Shown piece after piece: positions 49,368 to 63,459 of a stretch of 64,000 nucleotides of DNA. Positions within the stretch are counted from its first letter, which is position 1, and each line of letters starts with the position of its first letter. A program made the position numbers and the translations under genes. This DNA is from Marsupella aquatica (taxonomy: Eukaryota > Plantae > Marchantiophyta): the NCBI GenBank assembly GCA_973895155.1, contig OZ316891.1, positions 2,285,324-2,349,323 of the forward strand, given 5' to 3'. The notes below the pieces were generated by a model. That model was given only the letters and a program-made list of their open reading frames with translations, did no database searches and had not been told where the DNA came from.

Positions 49368-52182
49368 AAGATATCTCGAAGGTAGGGTTTTTGTTGGCCC
49401 TGCCTCGTGCTAAAGAGAGGCTGACCCTGCACAAAGCGGACCTCCTTGAAGAAAGCTCCTTTGATAGCGTTGTCGATGGATTTCATGGAGTCTTCCATAC
49501 TGCATCCCCATTTTTGTACAAAATCACGGACCCACAGGTTGGCTCTTGTAAATCTGCTCTTCGAAAGTCTCTGCAGATGCAAAAGATTCTCCTGCGCGGA
49601 GTTCAAAAACTTCCAGATGCCTCGATCATGTTTTGCATCCCAGTTTGACATTGCCCTTTTGGATTCGTTATAATGTGTGTTGCCTTCTCTGCAAAATCAT
49701 TCGATCTGTGTTCGCTTGATCTGGTAAAAGAAGTTCTGAAGATGGACCTGCTTGTTCAAACCTCTCTCTAAGTATCCATTCTATTTCGGTCACTTTCTTT
49801 GTGTCGGGTGAAGAAGTCTTGAAGATGTTATGGATCTTCTGTGTGCCCCCCTGATGTGAAAGAATGCACTATTCAATCACTTAATTGGGTGAAAAAAATG
49901 TTTAAATCGTAATCGACGTTTTGATTGCCTCCACTTTATGCCCATTCATTAGTGAAGACGATTTAAAGATATACTGGACACATTCACCGCACCGAGTGAT
50001 TTAGGCAAGTAAATTCGGCTACGACTCATATCTAAGGTAAGTTGAAGTGGAAAAATATTATCTGGTTCACTAGGAATTGAAATTGTAACCTAGGCTCCAG
50101 TTGTATTTGTTGTAGGATGGGACTAACATTTCGTATGGACTGACTATATTTCAGGTGGACCTCATAGATCCGGCGGTGAAGGGAACCATCAATCTGCTTG
50201 AAGCAGCTGCCAAGCTAAGAGCGTGAAGCGTGTTGTCCTTTCGTCCTCAGCTGTTGCCATTAGATACAATACGAGGCCCAAAGAGGTGCAGTTATGGACG
50301 AGAGCTGGTGGAGCGACTCTGAATACTGCAAAGAGAACAAGGTGCCGAATGCTTGCCTAATTTAAAAGTTTCTCTATCTCCTGCCATTGTCGCTTCCTCC
50401 GTTTCTAACAGCTTATGACCGTAAAGATCTTCGTAGGCATGGTTGTTCATTTCCCATTATCGCTCAATGATGTTTACAACGAAAAGAATGTTGGGCAATG
50501 ACCGAATTCTATAATTTGGGGGTTGGTTGCCGTCGAAAGTTGTGGTATGCGCTGTCTAAAACCCTGGCTGAGAAAGCTGGCTGGGATTTTATGGAGAGCG
50601 AGAAGCATTTCGATTTGGTAGTGATGAATCCGACATTAGTGCTTGGAACGATGCTACAGCCGACGCTCAACACAAGTAGTGAATCCGGGAATTCCTTTCT
50701 GGCAAGTATTAGAATGCTCCCGCGTGATTCATTGTAACCAAATCAACGCAGAACTAGGCTACCTTTTCTTCTGGCTATAGACTGCAATCCTGATCTTGAA
50801 CTCGCATCAGTAAAGAAATCTCATTCAATGGTCACCTTCTTTGAGAAGGAGCTGCAGAATCAGCTGAGGCAAGGTCGCTAGGACAGGTGTTAAAATGGAA
50901 GGAAACATTAAAAATGCTGGACAACGTCGTTGAAGCTTCTCTGCATCTCTGAATGTGTGAAATGATTCTGTGCTTTGTTGTCTAATTATCAAACCCTATG
51001 ATGAGAAATGATAAATGTCCTTAGCCTATTTGGCCACAGTATACATCCCTTGATTTCTAATGAGAGGATTTGATTTAGTACAGGTAGAAAGAAAATATAC
51101 ATAATCATTACAGAAAGGGGCCAAACGGAGTTTAAAAAAACAAACAAAAGAGGTCCCCAGGGAACAAAAACGAACTCAAAAGAAGTGACCCCTAGAAAAC
51201 CAAGAAAAAGTAACTAAAACTAAGGCAAATGGACAAGGTTCTCATCATTCTTAGCAAATATGGCAAAAAGCTAATGGTACACATCAAATGTAGAATCATT
51301 CCTAGCAAATGTGACAAAAAGCTAATGGTCTACATCAAATGTAGAATCATTCCTAGCAAATGTGACAAAAAGTTAATGGTACACATCAAGTGTCAAAACT
51401 AAATCAGGCAATGTGAAGACATACAAAAATGTTACTACTGGCGCTTTGTGGATGTCCAAGATATTACGCTAGGGCACATCTTGGCTTTTGAGAATTCAAA
51501 AGCGGAATTCAAAAGCGGAAGGGCATTATATGCTGACTGGAGGTGTTCATCACTTCAAAGAAATTATTGGGATACTACATGAACTGTATCCGAGCTATCC
51601 AGTCCCCACAGAGTAAGTTCCCATTCCTCTGCTCGTCATTTCGATTTTTATGTGGTGTCATTGCTACTAGCTCTCCTAGTCTGGCATTCTGAACAACTGG
51701 ACTGTTGTATTTAGTGTCTTATCGATCATGAACGAAGGAAAATCACACATTACATTAAAATGATTGCGTTCGCGCGAACAAATACAATGACGAGTGTACT
51801 TTTTGCTCACATCCAATACTTATTGTTTGATCGGGTCAAGGATAAGCCAAAGAAGAAAATTAATGGCAACGACCCTGTCAGAGTCTGACTAGTTCGTTTC
51901 GGTAGACACAACCTTTGGAGAAATCACAACCTTTGTTACTGATTTGCTGTCAGCTACCATGCCCCTTGAATTGCTTTTATTTTTGTATCTTATCATGTCA
52001 ATGACGGTCTGTTGATTGTTCCTAGGCCTAGCTATCACATTCAAGATGAATTCACTTTCACGTTAAGCACCGAGAAGTCACAGAAAGAGTTGGTAATAAA
52101 GTTCAAAGCCATAGAATCTCAACTCAGAGACACTGTGACAAGCCTGTAACAACAGGGCTGGTTAAAAGCCCCGCAGAAGTAG
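49368..52182 (+). pseudogene. Cinnamoyl-CoA reductase / DFR-like NAD(P)-dependent reductase (extended SDR) pseudogene
   Basis: Exons: 49368-49537 (AKERLTLHKADLLEESSFD..GVFHTASP), 50155-50341 (LIDPAVKGTINLLEAA..SVKRVVLSSS..DESWWSD), 50540-50701 ([23 protein letters not shown]), 51408-51612 (FVDVQD..HILAFE), 52026-52182. Several frameshifts, a TAA at ~52147, and no first exon with the TGxxGxxA motif. Confidence 0.9.
51244..51392. repeat. Intronic tandem repeat, about 3 x 51 bp
   Basis: ATCATTC(C/T)TAGCAAAT(A/G)TG..CACATCAAATGTAGA starts at 51244, 51295 and 51346. Confidence 0.9.
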
Positions 52183-53221
52183 AGAAATGGCTTGTGATTT
52201 CGTTTGAGATGCTAGGATGGTGACTTGAGGAAAGTCACCATTTTTCGTGATATGTAGATATTGGATGAGATTTGTATTTGATGTTCTAATTTCATTTTGT
52301 CATGATATGTAGATATTTGGATTATTAAATATGGATTCGTAAGTGAACTATAATCTGTGTCGCATGATACATAGATTTTTGAATTATCAAACATGAGACT
52401 TGTAGCAAGTGTTCTTGACAGTCTACTGCGCCTCTTCCTATTGCATGGAAAGAAAGTTTGGGCATTAGGCTTGCTACACTAGGATCGATGCAGACGACGT
52501 CCTGATTGTCTTGAGGTTTGAACAGTACTAGTTTCTGCCGATTCTATCGTGCTTCAAGTAATTGGTGGTCCTGAAGATATGGATTTGTTGAGATCTGAAG
52601 CCTACTCTTACAACGGATGGAAGTAAAACGGCGGTCATTGTTTCCCATGTTCACACATCTCCACGAAATTCTCCCTCGCAATAGGTGCTGCTTAAACGTA
52701 TGACTTCCAAGACGATATGGGTGGTCCTTTGAATAACAAAGCCTCTATTGCAGAAGGAACTCACTGCGGCACACAAATGAAAATATTGCAGGACAGTTTG
52801 CTTAATGCTGAAATACAGTCAAAGAACCCTCCAAAACCAGAGAGGAACGACACTATCATTTCACTGTTATTTATGAGTTTCTGGATACCTCACAGAAAAA
52901 TACGAACCTTCCTGTATGCAGCATTTCCGATACAACAGACGTTTTCGTTTCACTCCGAACCTAAATATGTACTGCCACCAAATGTCCAGAGCCATAATTC
53001 ACGTACGTTAGTCTGTACGTCACCAGAATAACTAAATGAGCTGTCCACGCAGAAACCCTGGGTTCCCCAAATGCAACAATTTCATTTATCTCGTTTGTTA
53101 TCAGCTACGATTCATGGTTGGCCAGAAACCTACTTTAGTACAACGCCACTGTGTTGGCTCTAGGTTGTCAACCCTTTTTTCTCGGAAAAAAATCATCGAT
53201 GTAGTTGTAGACACGCAACAA

Positions 53222-54170
53222 TTAGCCAGAAGAGTGAAAGCCGGGAGGACCTCTGAGAATTAGCAGCATAGAATCCGAACTGAAACCCAATTTTCTAAAT
53301 CCCCTTGGCCGGAATCTAGACAATGTCCTCGAAAGTCGAATGAAGCCAGGGGGGCCTGCTGAGAAGTACAAGAGTAGACACGGACCTGGAGCCAAATTGG
53401 GTTCAAATGCCGTTGTAATCCGCATGGCCGGAATTGAGACGATGTCCTTGAAAGTCGGTCCACTTGAGTCCTCACTCTTTGTGAAATTCACCGTCTTCGA
53501 ACATTGACCATCGCCGGGAAGGCGAGATTTCACATCGACGAATTGTCAAAAGTGTCAAAATGTCACCCTCACGGAATGCGTCCACTGAAATTATTGCTTA
53601 CGGTTCAAAGGTGTGGTATCTTACCCAATTTCAAGGTGTAGAAGGGATAGGGCCAGAGAGGGTGTTGACGAGACATCAAAAGATTCCAATTCTCCTGGCA
53701 AGCCAAGAATATCAGGCATGGAGCCCGTGAACAAGTTTTGGGAGACATCCAGATCAATGAAGGCTCCTCAGGGTAACAGGGATGAAGGATCGCCCCGTTG
53801 AATTGCTTCCAGGACAGATCGAGTGACGATCTAGCAGAAAATTGAAACTTCATCTTCACTCTAGTTCTTTCTAGAAACTCATCGTGCAAATCATCAAGCA
53901 ACGGCGCTGATTGAGGCGTCCGGGGATCTACAAACTCTGTGTGAGCAAAGAGTGGCGTGCCGTGGGAGAAGTGTGAAGTTTTCCTGAGACAGAAGAAGTC
54001 GCTGACCGGGCCTTCAATTGCAACATTTTTTTCTTCCATGGAGAGCCAGACACCACAGTGTCGTCCAAAGATTCCATCAACCCTTTGGCGAGAGAATAGA
54101 GCGTGTCAAATAATGGAGATATCGTCAGCTGTAGACCTGGAATCCTCTGGCGCACCCTCAAATCAAGCCA
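53222..54170 (-). pseudogene. LRR receptor-like protein (RLP), C-terminal part, heavily decayed
   Basis: Across frameshifts: SLDLSWKQFNGAI, LDVSQNLFTGSMPDILGLPGELESFDVS(SN)TLSGPIPST, SNNFSGRIP*G*HFDTFDNSSM (typical RLP last LRR and C-cap), then a hydrophobic/basic tail with no kinase domain. Confidence 0.75.
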
Positions 54171-55199
54171 AATTCATTCCAAGGTCCCATGTTCTGCTCT
54201 ACTCCCATTATGTAATGCTCGTCTTGAAACATACTTACTATATTCTACAAGCCCTTTGCCCATGGGTTGCATGGCGCAAGGAGGGCCTGTCCATAGGGAG
54301 TTGGGCAGGGGCAAAGTGGGGAAGCACATATGCGCCAGGGGTGCCATTTCTTCCATCAATGGGCAAGGAAAACAACCAAACAAATCCAATGGCTTTGAAT
54401 TTGTTTTGCTCATGACCTTTTTTGTATTGGGACTAAGGACTGAAAAACGCAGGATCTCTTATTATAGTTGTAGATACATGACATACATCACCCAAAATTA
54501 GTATCATATGTACTGATTATTGTGTGAGCCTTAGTTTTCCTACAAGTGATGCCATTCACTGTCACCCCCCTAGCTTTTCTTTTAAGAAACCAAAATTTCA
54601 AGTAAGATACTAAACAGGAATGAAGTTGCCAGGAGACCTAAGTGAACCCTGGCTGGCCAGTTTTGGTGAGGCATGCAGATAAATTGTCAAGGTGAGAAGA
54701 AGATATATGTCAAGGTGAGAAATCTATGATTGTTAAAATGTCAAGGAAAGAATAGATGTCGAGTAAAGAAAAGATATTGAGCCTAAGAAAAAGATATTGA
54801 GGAGAGGAAAATATGCCAAAGGTAGAAAAATGTCAAGGTGAGACAAGAAAACATAGGCTTTGCAATGTACTTGTTATTTGACAAGTTATGTGTGATCCCG
54901 ACCATACAATTATTGTGGTCACATTTAATACCCGTGAGTTGCACATAAGATGTTGCAAAATATATGTCATTGCATAAATGATGTCCATGAGATGTTGCAA
55001 AAGTTCTGAGCGAGGCACTTTCATGCAACTCAAGGTGGAGGGTGACATCCTCCTCCCCCTCATGGCCTCCTCTACCCCTTCTCTTGGGCTGCCTCTCCCC
55101 CTCCCTTCTCTCTGTTTTTCAACATGTTCTTGTTGCAAGGAGGGCTTTGAATAATTCTGATGCATAACTATTGAATATTTTAATTTGCAAACACTATTG

Positions 55200-55700
55200 C
55201 AAAATCCTGTTTTCAGAAAGCATTACTCTTGTTACAAGGAGCATCGAGTAATTTTGTTGCTGTGGAGCTTGGAGATTTCAAAGATGTGTACAAAGGTCTT
55301 CTAAACCTTAAATAAAAATGCAGGGAGCAAATGGGAGCATTTGCAATATTCACCATCCATTTGGAGTCAATGTCTTACAATTGGTGTAAAGTGATCAATT
55401 TCCCTGTAAGAGTATCAGAAGCTGATCCCAGAGACAATGTATCGGGACTTTACTTTCCAGAAACTATATATCATTCTTATATTTGTTTCTAGAAGTTTCC
55501 ACTTACATAGAAATTCAATATTGACTGAGGGCAGGTGTTATCTGACTTGAATAGTCCAATTTGAGTTGAAACTGTTCTCCGCATAAATTGACTTCTGTTG
55601 GAACCTATAAATCCAGTGGAGAAGAGTCAAGATTCCAACGGTCACTATTTGACAAGGAAACTGTTTCGGGAGTAAATTCACTGTCGCTTGGAATGTGAAT
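55200..55700 (-). pseudogene. Possible N-terminal remnant of the same LRR-RLP
   Basis: Weak fragments: DRWNLDSSP, NLCG/TVSTQIGLFKS, LSLGSASDTLTGKL. Separated from the 3' part by about 1 kb of repeat-like DNA. Confidence 0.35.
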
Positions 55701-56279
55701 TCAGTGAAGATCAAACCGTGCCTAGGGCATAAGTTTAGGCTATGATAGTTATCGTGATAATAAGCTAATGTAGGTACACTCGCGATTGATGCTTTTGGAC
55801 CGTGGATTGAGGTAAACACTGATGCCAGATGATGGCAGGGCCATTGAGTTTTGCTATAATAATTATGATAAAAACTCGGGAAGATTCGCATTGGACCAGC
55901 CTTTGTCAAAACAAGAAAATGGAGTGATGAGTAAACAATTTGGGGAGGTTTATCCGACATGAATCGTGTTGGGGGGAGGGGGAGGGGGGGTTGTTGGGGG
56001 CAGTAGAACGTAGGTTGGGGATCACCTTGGGGTAGCACAACAGGTGCATATGATATAAACGGGAGGAAAGAAAATCGTCTTAAAATTTTAAAATAAAATA
56101 AGCCATCGATAGATGTCAAGGAGACTTGTCATTTGAGCCGTGGATCACACTCTAAGATAGGTGAACAAGATTGCTACATCCGTAAGAAAATGAGGACCAG
56201 TTGGGTAAACATGGGTTGAACACTCCCTCCAAGGTCAAGCCGGCTATGCCAAGTTTCATATTTCATCTTTCTACAGTAG

Positions 56280-56385
56280 GTCTTGGGGTTTTGCATAGTC
56301 CCTCTTCTTTTGCGTTTAGTGTTTGTCCTCTCTGGACCTCTTTAGTTTGCATTGTCGTTTGTTTGGCCCCTTTTTAGTAATTTGG
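56280..56385 (+). repeat. Dispersed T-rich repeat (LINE/SINE tail-like), homologous to 51090-51235 on the minus strand
   Basis: Shared colinear blocks TCTTGG..CTTCTTTTG..GGACCTCTTT.GTTTG..GTTTGGCCCCTTT..GTAAT. Confidence 0.55.
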
Positions 56386-59089
56386 TCCCTTTTGAGGAAG
56401 AAGAAAGTTTGACAACCCCTAATTTATATGAGCACAACACCGTTGGAGAGCAGCAATGCCCAATTTTTGCGTTTCATATGGGAGTTCCTCATAATTATAG
56501 AGAAGCCACCTGACCACAAGACAGAATGTTGAATTTAAAGTACTAATCATTTAAATTTTGATTTTTTTTGTGAGGGTTGTCTGTTTCACTTCTGACCATT
56601 TGGAATTATGGAAAACACTTGTAAATTCTTTGTGGAATTCTAATTTTCAGTGTGTAATCACCCCCTTAAATTTTTAATGGTTTCCTCTTACTTTGCTATG
56701 TGTGAAAACAACCCTTTTAGTTAGTTTTTTCAACATAGTAACAATGATGCATTCTGGATGCTCTGTGGGAAAGATTAAAACTGCAGACCTTTTCAACCAG
56801 GGCCAGAGGTTCTTACCAGGGCTAATTACTGGTCATTAACTAAATGGCTACCTACTTATTTTGTGATAATCATTTTGGGCCAACTCTTCTTCTCCTCACT
56901 CTCTACATGATGAGCAGGCACCACTAGTTAAATCTATCTCAAGTTAACTCTCCCCAATTTTCTTGGGACCCTGTACACTGCTCATCCCAGTCCTCAATGC
57001 ATGCTGCCACCTCCGGCCCAATCGAATTTGGTTTGTGTTCCGGCATCGACTTCAGGTTTCTATTCTAGAACCCTTCACTCTTTGCCGCTTCAATCTGTCG
57101 ACTGAAATCTGTCGACTGAAGCTTAAGCGGCCATAGCAAAACCAGAAACAATGGATGAAGCAAACTCGAGCATCTCTCACCCTTCCACAGGTCTGACCAG
57201 CCAAACAACACTAGGAAAAATCTAAATAGTGCTAGCCACCCTAATAGTGGGCCACAAATACTCAGTTGTGTGGGGGTACTCTAAGCTCTGTATCAACTCC
57301 AAAGAGTTTCAGATCTATGCCTCCATCTAGAAGCACTGTTTATTTTGCAATTGGGCGCAATGCATCATACTATCATGATGTACAATAGCATCAAGAGTTG
57401 TGCTTCAAGCAGTCAAGGACTTTTAATAGTAAAGCTACCCAAACAAATGTGAAACACTAATCTGACACTCAACAATAAGCCACACTAGTTTATGAGCTTA
57501 TTCCCAACCTGAATTGTCCAACAATTAGTGTAACACAATTGTTGTAGTATAAATGAAACTACTAAGAACCCACTAAAATCAAGCATTGGACCTGCATATA
57601 TGTACTCAAAAATAACACTCTAAGCAAAAGAGACGTTACACAAAAAAATTAATTGAGGGGGCTTTAAAAGAACTACCTGACAATAAAAGACTGGTCATTT
57701 TAAAGTTTTTGCTTTCAGATTTCATCACAAACGCTTCACGTCAAGTGACTGCCCATTTTGGCTCTACATGAAATTGAGACTCTACTGTGGCTTTTACAAG
57801 AAATCTCAGTCCTACACGGACTGGAGTGGGTCCCCAAAATGCTCATGTGTAGATTGTAATTCTTGCCAAAGTTTAGACAACCTGCTGATGAGGTAGAACT
57901 GTGAAAGAACAGCTCAGTAAGTAGGTCTCTTCTTCGTTTGGCAGGTAAAGTACGAACTTCAATACCTCACTTTTCAGCCATGGGTCCCACCTAGAGCCAA
58001 CTGACCTGCCCTCTGCACTTTCCAAATGTCAAGAGAGAGGTCACAAAGTTTTTTAAGTATTGTCGATCAAGAGATAAGTCACTAAAGTTTTCAACGTGTT
58101 GCATGTTTTTAGTGTGTATAGCTAGTCTTATGTACTCTCTGGACTCGAGTCTGGACTGGGACAAGCAAAGTGAATTTTTGCCCAGTCACCCAGGCTTTAA
58201 TCACTACCCTAAATTTCCCAGTAGGGTCAACTTTAAAAAACTGTAAACTCCAGGTGTGATCCAATATAGGTATTAACAAGTTAGAGTGACGTACTGTAGA
58301 TGTTAAGCAGACTCACATAGATGTCAAGTTTGTCAAATTGTTAACTAATTAAATACAACAGGGTTTTAACTACATTGCCACCATTGTTTTTATTGTATTT
58401 ACAAATATGCCACAGTTTTCATATATTTGCCCCCTAGCTACTTTGTTAATTATACATGTCACTTGTCTTTAATATACCAAACCGTGACATATTTGTAAAA
58501 ACTAAAAAAATCATGACAATATTATCAATTTGAAATCTTTAGTGACAAAGTAATTAATTTCTTTTTAACATAATTGAGTTGTTGCAACCATTGTCTCAAA
58601 CCTAACATACCAATAGTAGGACCATCACTATACTTCATGCTGCCAAAGGACAAAAAGCAACTAACTAGGTGGGATCCCAAGGCGTTAGACCTAATAAAAG
58701 GGACAAAACCTGCCAGGAAAAACCCTTGATTGTCACTATATGACAAGATAGTGTAGCTTCTCAACTTAGGTTTAGTGCATCACTATTGACAACTTTGCAT
58801 AAGACATGTCAGAGGGCGCACTATACACCCCACCCTGCCCCCTAACATTTAGATTACCAACAGAAAAAAAGAATAAAATCTCCTACAAATCAAATACCCA
58901 AAAGTGAGGACCGAGCCCCTAAACAACACATGCATGACACCTCTACCAAACTCTACCCGACACAACACCTCCACTGAGGCCACTGAGGGAGCCTAAAGTA
59001 AATTTCTACAACACTCAAAATGCCATACTTTGAGTGGTTTTCCACGCCACGCTGAGCTGGTTCTGTATTATATAATAGAATATAATCTT

Positions 59090-59445
59090 TTAGTGGTGGC
59101 TGTGGAGAAACAAGGCCCTAATTTGGGAAGCCGTTAATTGCTGGATCTGATATTGCTCCTTAAAACCTAGGAAGATCTGATGAAATAGAAAATTTGCATT
59201 TGCAAGGGCGGCACTGAAAAGGCTCACCACTAAATTAAATTCGACTCTTAAATCTAGCAATTAACCCAATGTTTCCCTCCTCTAACAGATGTATTGAGAC
59301 GTAAGACCTAGCAATTAATCCCATTGTTGAAATCCTGGCAAATTTTGTCATTTAAGCTTGTATATTTCATTTTCTAATCAATTTATTTGAGTCATCAGAT
59401 CTTCCTAGGTTTTGAGAAGTACCTTTTCTCCACAACCACAACTAA
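59090..59445. mobile_element. MITE-like fold-back
   Basis: Perfect inner 22-bp inverted repeat AAAACCTAGGAAGATCTGATGA (59162-59183 / 59392-59413) and an outer imperfect one, TAGTGGTGGCTGTGGAGAAA / TTTCTCCACAACCACAACTA. Confidence 0.7.
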
Positions 59446-62400
59446 AATTAGTTATCAAATGAAAAAATAGAGCTTTTCATGAGTAAATTTACCAAAACTT
59501 TATTGGGACAATAGGGTTAACCACACTGTACATGACAGTCATCCTTAAATCTAGGAAGATATGATGGCTCACAAACATGTTAGAAAAAAGAAAAAGTGAT
59601 TAATTTCCAAATCCAAAGGTCCTCCTTAAGTCTATGAAGATCTGATCTCTAAATGACTCTTACATGATAAGTAAAGACTTGTGAAGTCAAGAGTGGTAAT
59701 TCTTTACTCCACCAATCACAAAAAGAATATGTATTTCTGTTTTATTGAACATGGATAGATAAAACTTCACGTTTTGATTGGTCAGTTCTCGCTCCTCTCA
59801 GGAACAGTTTCTAGTAGTGGCTGGGAAAAAAGGCTTGCCGTGGATCGTTTTTAGGAACCCATGACAAGTCCTCTGTAAAATTTGTGGCTCCTCCTTTCAC
59901 CATATCATCAATTTCCACTGCAAACATCAAGAATAAAATGATGTCTTTGGCTGTGATACTAGACAAAACGGTCACACTTGGGAATGGTAAAATTGTGAGA
60001 ACTCTAGACATGCGCAACAGCAAAGAGCAAGGGTAACAACTCAACCAATTGTAACCTTTTCATTTGCTTTTGTATTCTAGTAAATATTTTTTTAATTTAA
60101 TTTGTTTACTTAAAAGCAACAAACTAGGTGGTATTTACTTGATTGATGAACGGAAATTGTTACTTGATGGGACCCTAAGTTGGGCACATTGATTTAAGGT
60201 TCATCAAGGTCAATGTGCATCACTTAGGGGTCTATTAAGAAACTAGCCATAAGATCTAATTGATCAATGTACTCAATAAATAATTGCTAACAAAAAGGAC
60301 AGTGGATGATATAAGACTCACAAAAAGGACAGTGGATGATGGTGCATAAGACTCACAAAAAGTGAATGCCATCGGATTTATTTGATACCAGATGCGGGAT
60401 CAGATGAGATCAGATTTTAATAACTTACGAAGACGGGCAGGCGTGCAGTTTAAACCTATGGGTACTTTAAATTAGTCATTTATTTTTGGGGGGATTTTGT
60501 GCTACTGGGGTATGTTAGCATCCTAAGATGCATCGAAAGAGTATAGTGATAATTTTATCGCTTCAAGACTGTTTTGTCTGAACTTTTATTTTGCTGTATA
60601 GCTTGGGCCTATTTAGTAAACAAATTTGAAGAAACATAGATTTCCTACAATATTACATGGCCCTCATCAAACCAATCAGATGAAAATATTTAAGTTGGGA
60701 AACTAACAACAAAAAATGGGATGTGATTGGTAGAGGGAGATTGGGGTTGGCAAAAGGGGCAAAGAAATTTGAGCTTGCAAGTTTAGCTTTAGTTGAGTTT
60801 TAGCCACTAATTAGTTTCCACTTTCGTTGAGTTTTAGCTAAGGGCTAGCCACTAATTATTGAAATTTGATATGTTCACCTGTATGTTCATTAACTGAGCT
60901 CTAGGAGTAGGACATTGTGATAGGGTTTTTTTATGAATTGCATACAAAATCAAACCACCTGGAAGGCATAAGAAAATACAAAGGCAGGGACGAATAAATA
61001 TGATTAATATTAAGAAAACCTTAGATCTTTCCTGATCTTAAGGACTACCGTTAGATCTTCAAAGATTTGATGAATCCACCTACAACTAATGGCAAATTTT
61101 GCATAGTATTCGTTCCCATGATTTTTCTTTGAGAGTTGGCGCAGGCAAGATAATGGCAGTATTGTGCCAATTAAAAAATCATTGTCAACGACGGTTGGCA
61201 TAGTCGTGCCATCATGGCTTGTGCAATAAGAAATAAATAAATATTAAAATTTGGTACCTGACGAACAACATATTTAGAGTGCTTGTGAATACACTGACTT
61301 TACAGTATAAGGATAACTTTTAAAATTAAAAAGAAGGGAAAACAGGAAGGGTTATATTAGCATACTTCTTTATAGGTGAGTAATGGATTTGTGTAAGAAA
61401 ATCTTACTATTAAAGGGCGATCAAAACCCTCTGAGCTACTGTTCATTGCTAGTGTGTAGAGCTCTTAACCGTGACTCTAAGGGAACTCTAAGGTAATAAC
61501 TCAAGCTCCACACACAAAACAAACAATAAGGTATTTTTTGGCAACTTTTTTCCTCATCTCTATTTACATGATCTGAAATCGGGGTGGACAGAGACCTTGT
61601 CCCTGCCCATCCCCATGGACTGTGTAAAGTGATCAATTTTACACCCAAAAAAAGAAGAACTAATCGCGGATCACAGTTGATGACTTGCCTACCCTGTGGA
61701 GAAAGTAGAGAAGACATCAAGTCATGTTTATTTGAAAATAGCCTTTGTTCAGTTTAATGTTGTCTAAATGGCTCAACAATGTTGCTTGGAAAAGAATGCA
61801 GCTTCCTTATCTTGAATCTCCAATCTGAGCCCCATTGAAAGCAAGTAAAATGGATCAATGAAATGCCACTGGGATTGGAATGAAAACATTTACAGCACTC
61901 CATTGCTCCCATATCACGGATTCAAGCCCCTTGCTTAAGAAAATTATCAAGTCATCACAAACATCATGAGTACATGGCACATTTTCAAAATGTGAGTAAC
62001 ATCTTGACAACTTCCTTGACAGGGCCGTCAAAGTTGTGAACTGTCTGCAACATAGACCTTACCTTTAAATTTGGCAGATTGGATGATTTATTTGAAAATA
62101 ACCAATTCTCAGTTTAAGCTAAAAGAATCCAACATGGTCTTTCATGTCCAATCTATTGTCTGACAAAGTTTGAAATGTTTTTGAGATCATTTGTTTCATT
62201 TGCAATGAACACAAAGACAGTCAAATATGCTAAATCGTGATTTCACTTTACATCTTCATTTTTCATGTGGGTCAACTAAAAATCGGTGTTCCTCAGTAAT
62301 GACATGATGCCTCCACTTCTTTCCTGTTTAAGGTCATCAAGTTGTCAAGCTATCGAGGAGACCGGTTGGGAAATGTAACTGAAACCGACTGCAAGTGAGG

Positions 62401-63459
62401 AGAATACTGTTTAGAGGTCACATTTCATTCATGTTGTTTGAGTCAATTTAAATGTTCTAAGCAAGTCCATCTGGGCTTCATAGACAATGTGGAGGTCCAT
62501 CCGGGCTTTAGTTTACTGTTTACATTCCTTGAATGGATAATTAGACTACTTTGCTGAGAGTCCAAATTGGTAAGGTCAACTTGAAATCTTTCTTATACAA
62601 GGCCAATTACAAGTTAGAGTTGGGGCCTAGACTTTTAGAGTGAAACCTCTAGATCATAACTTCATGGCTCATGATGTGGATGAGAAAACTCATGACTATC
62701 ATGCATAATTTTTGTTATAATTTTTATTTACATTAAAAAGTGAGTTCAATGGCCCCACCATGACATATATACATATAAAAGAATATGATACGTTATATAT
62801 AATTATTAAAATGATGACATGTATAATAATTTTTAAAATAATTTTATTAACCTTCATAAAATGTAAATAAAGAATATATTTTGGTGACATTTTTAGTCGT
62901 CTCCGCTATTCACGCTCAAAGAACACTTATTCGAGAATAGTGACTAGAATTCCGCAAGAGTGCCCACATCGTTTTTGCCCTTCAATATCAGAGCAGCCGC
63001 AATTAGGGCAATGGCCAGTGGTGGTTTAAATGTGGGCTGGCCAAAGCTCCAAAAGTACAGTAACACATGCCTTGACTATACAGGGTAGAACCAACGGTAG
63101 ATGGGTAATCTAGCAAGACACCACCGATAGTCCAGTTGTAAATAAGCTGCCAGTTGGGGATTTGCCGGTTTTTTTTAGGTCAGATTACCTTATTTTAAAT
63201 ATTTCTTTCCAACAAGTTTAATGTTCAGAAGTGCTTGGTCCATGCACTCCATTGTCATCAGGTCAAATATGATAATACGTCATTTGTGATTAGGTGAGGA
63301 ACGCGTACACTATAGCATGGGACCTTTTACTAAAAAAAAACCCTATAATAATAACAAATTAGAATAATAACAACTATACATAAAATAGTCGGAAAGTAAT
63401 AGCTTTACTCGAGAACGTTGCGACATTATATAAAGTTCGTCAGGAACGAGCGAGATTCC

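Noticed and set aside
61831-61902. Ulp1/C48 protease-like remnant (VFIPIPVAFH*SILL, minus strand)
   Set aside because: A single short motif; no Q..DCG catalytic motif was found, so it cannot be called without a profile search.
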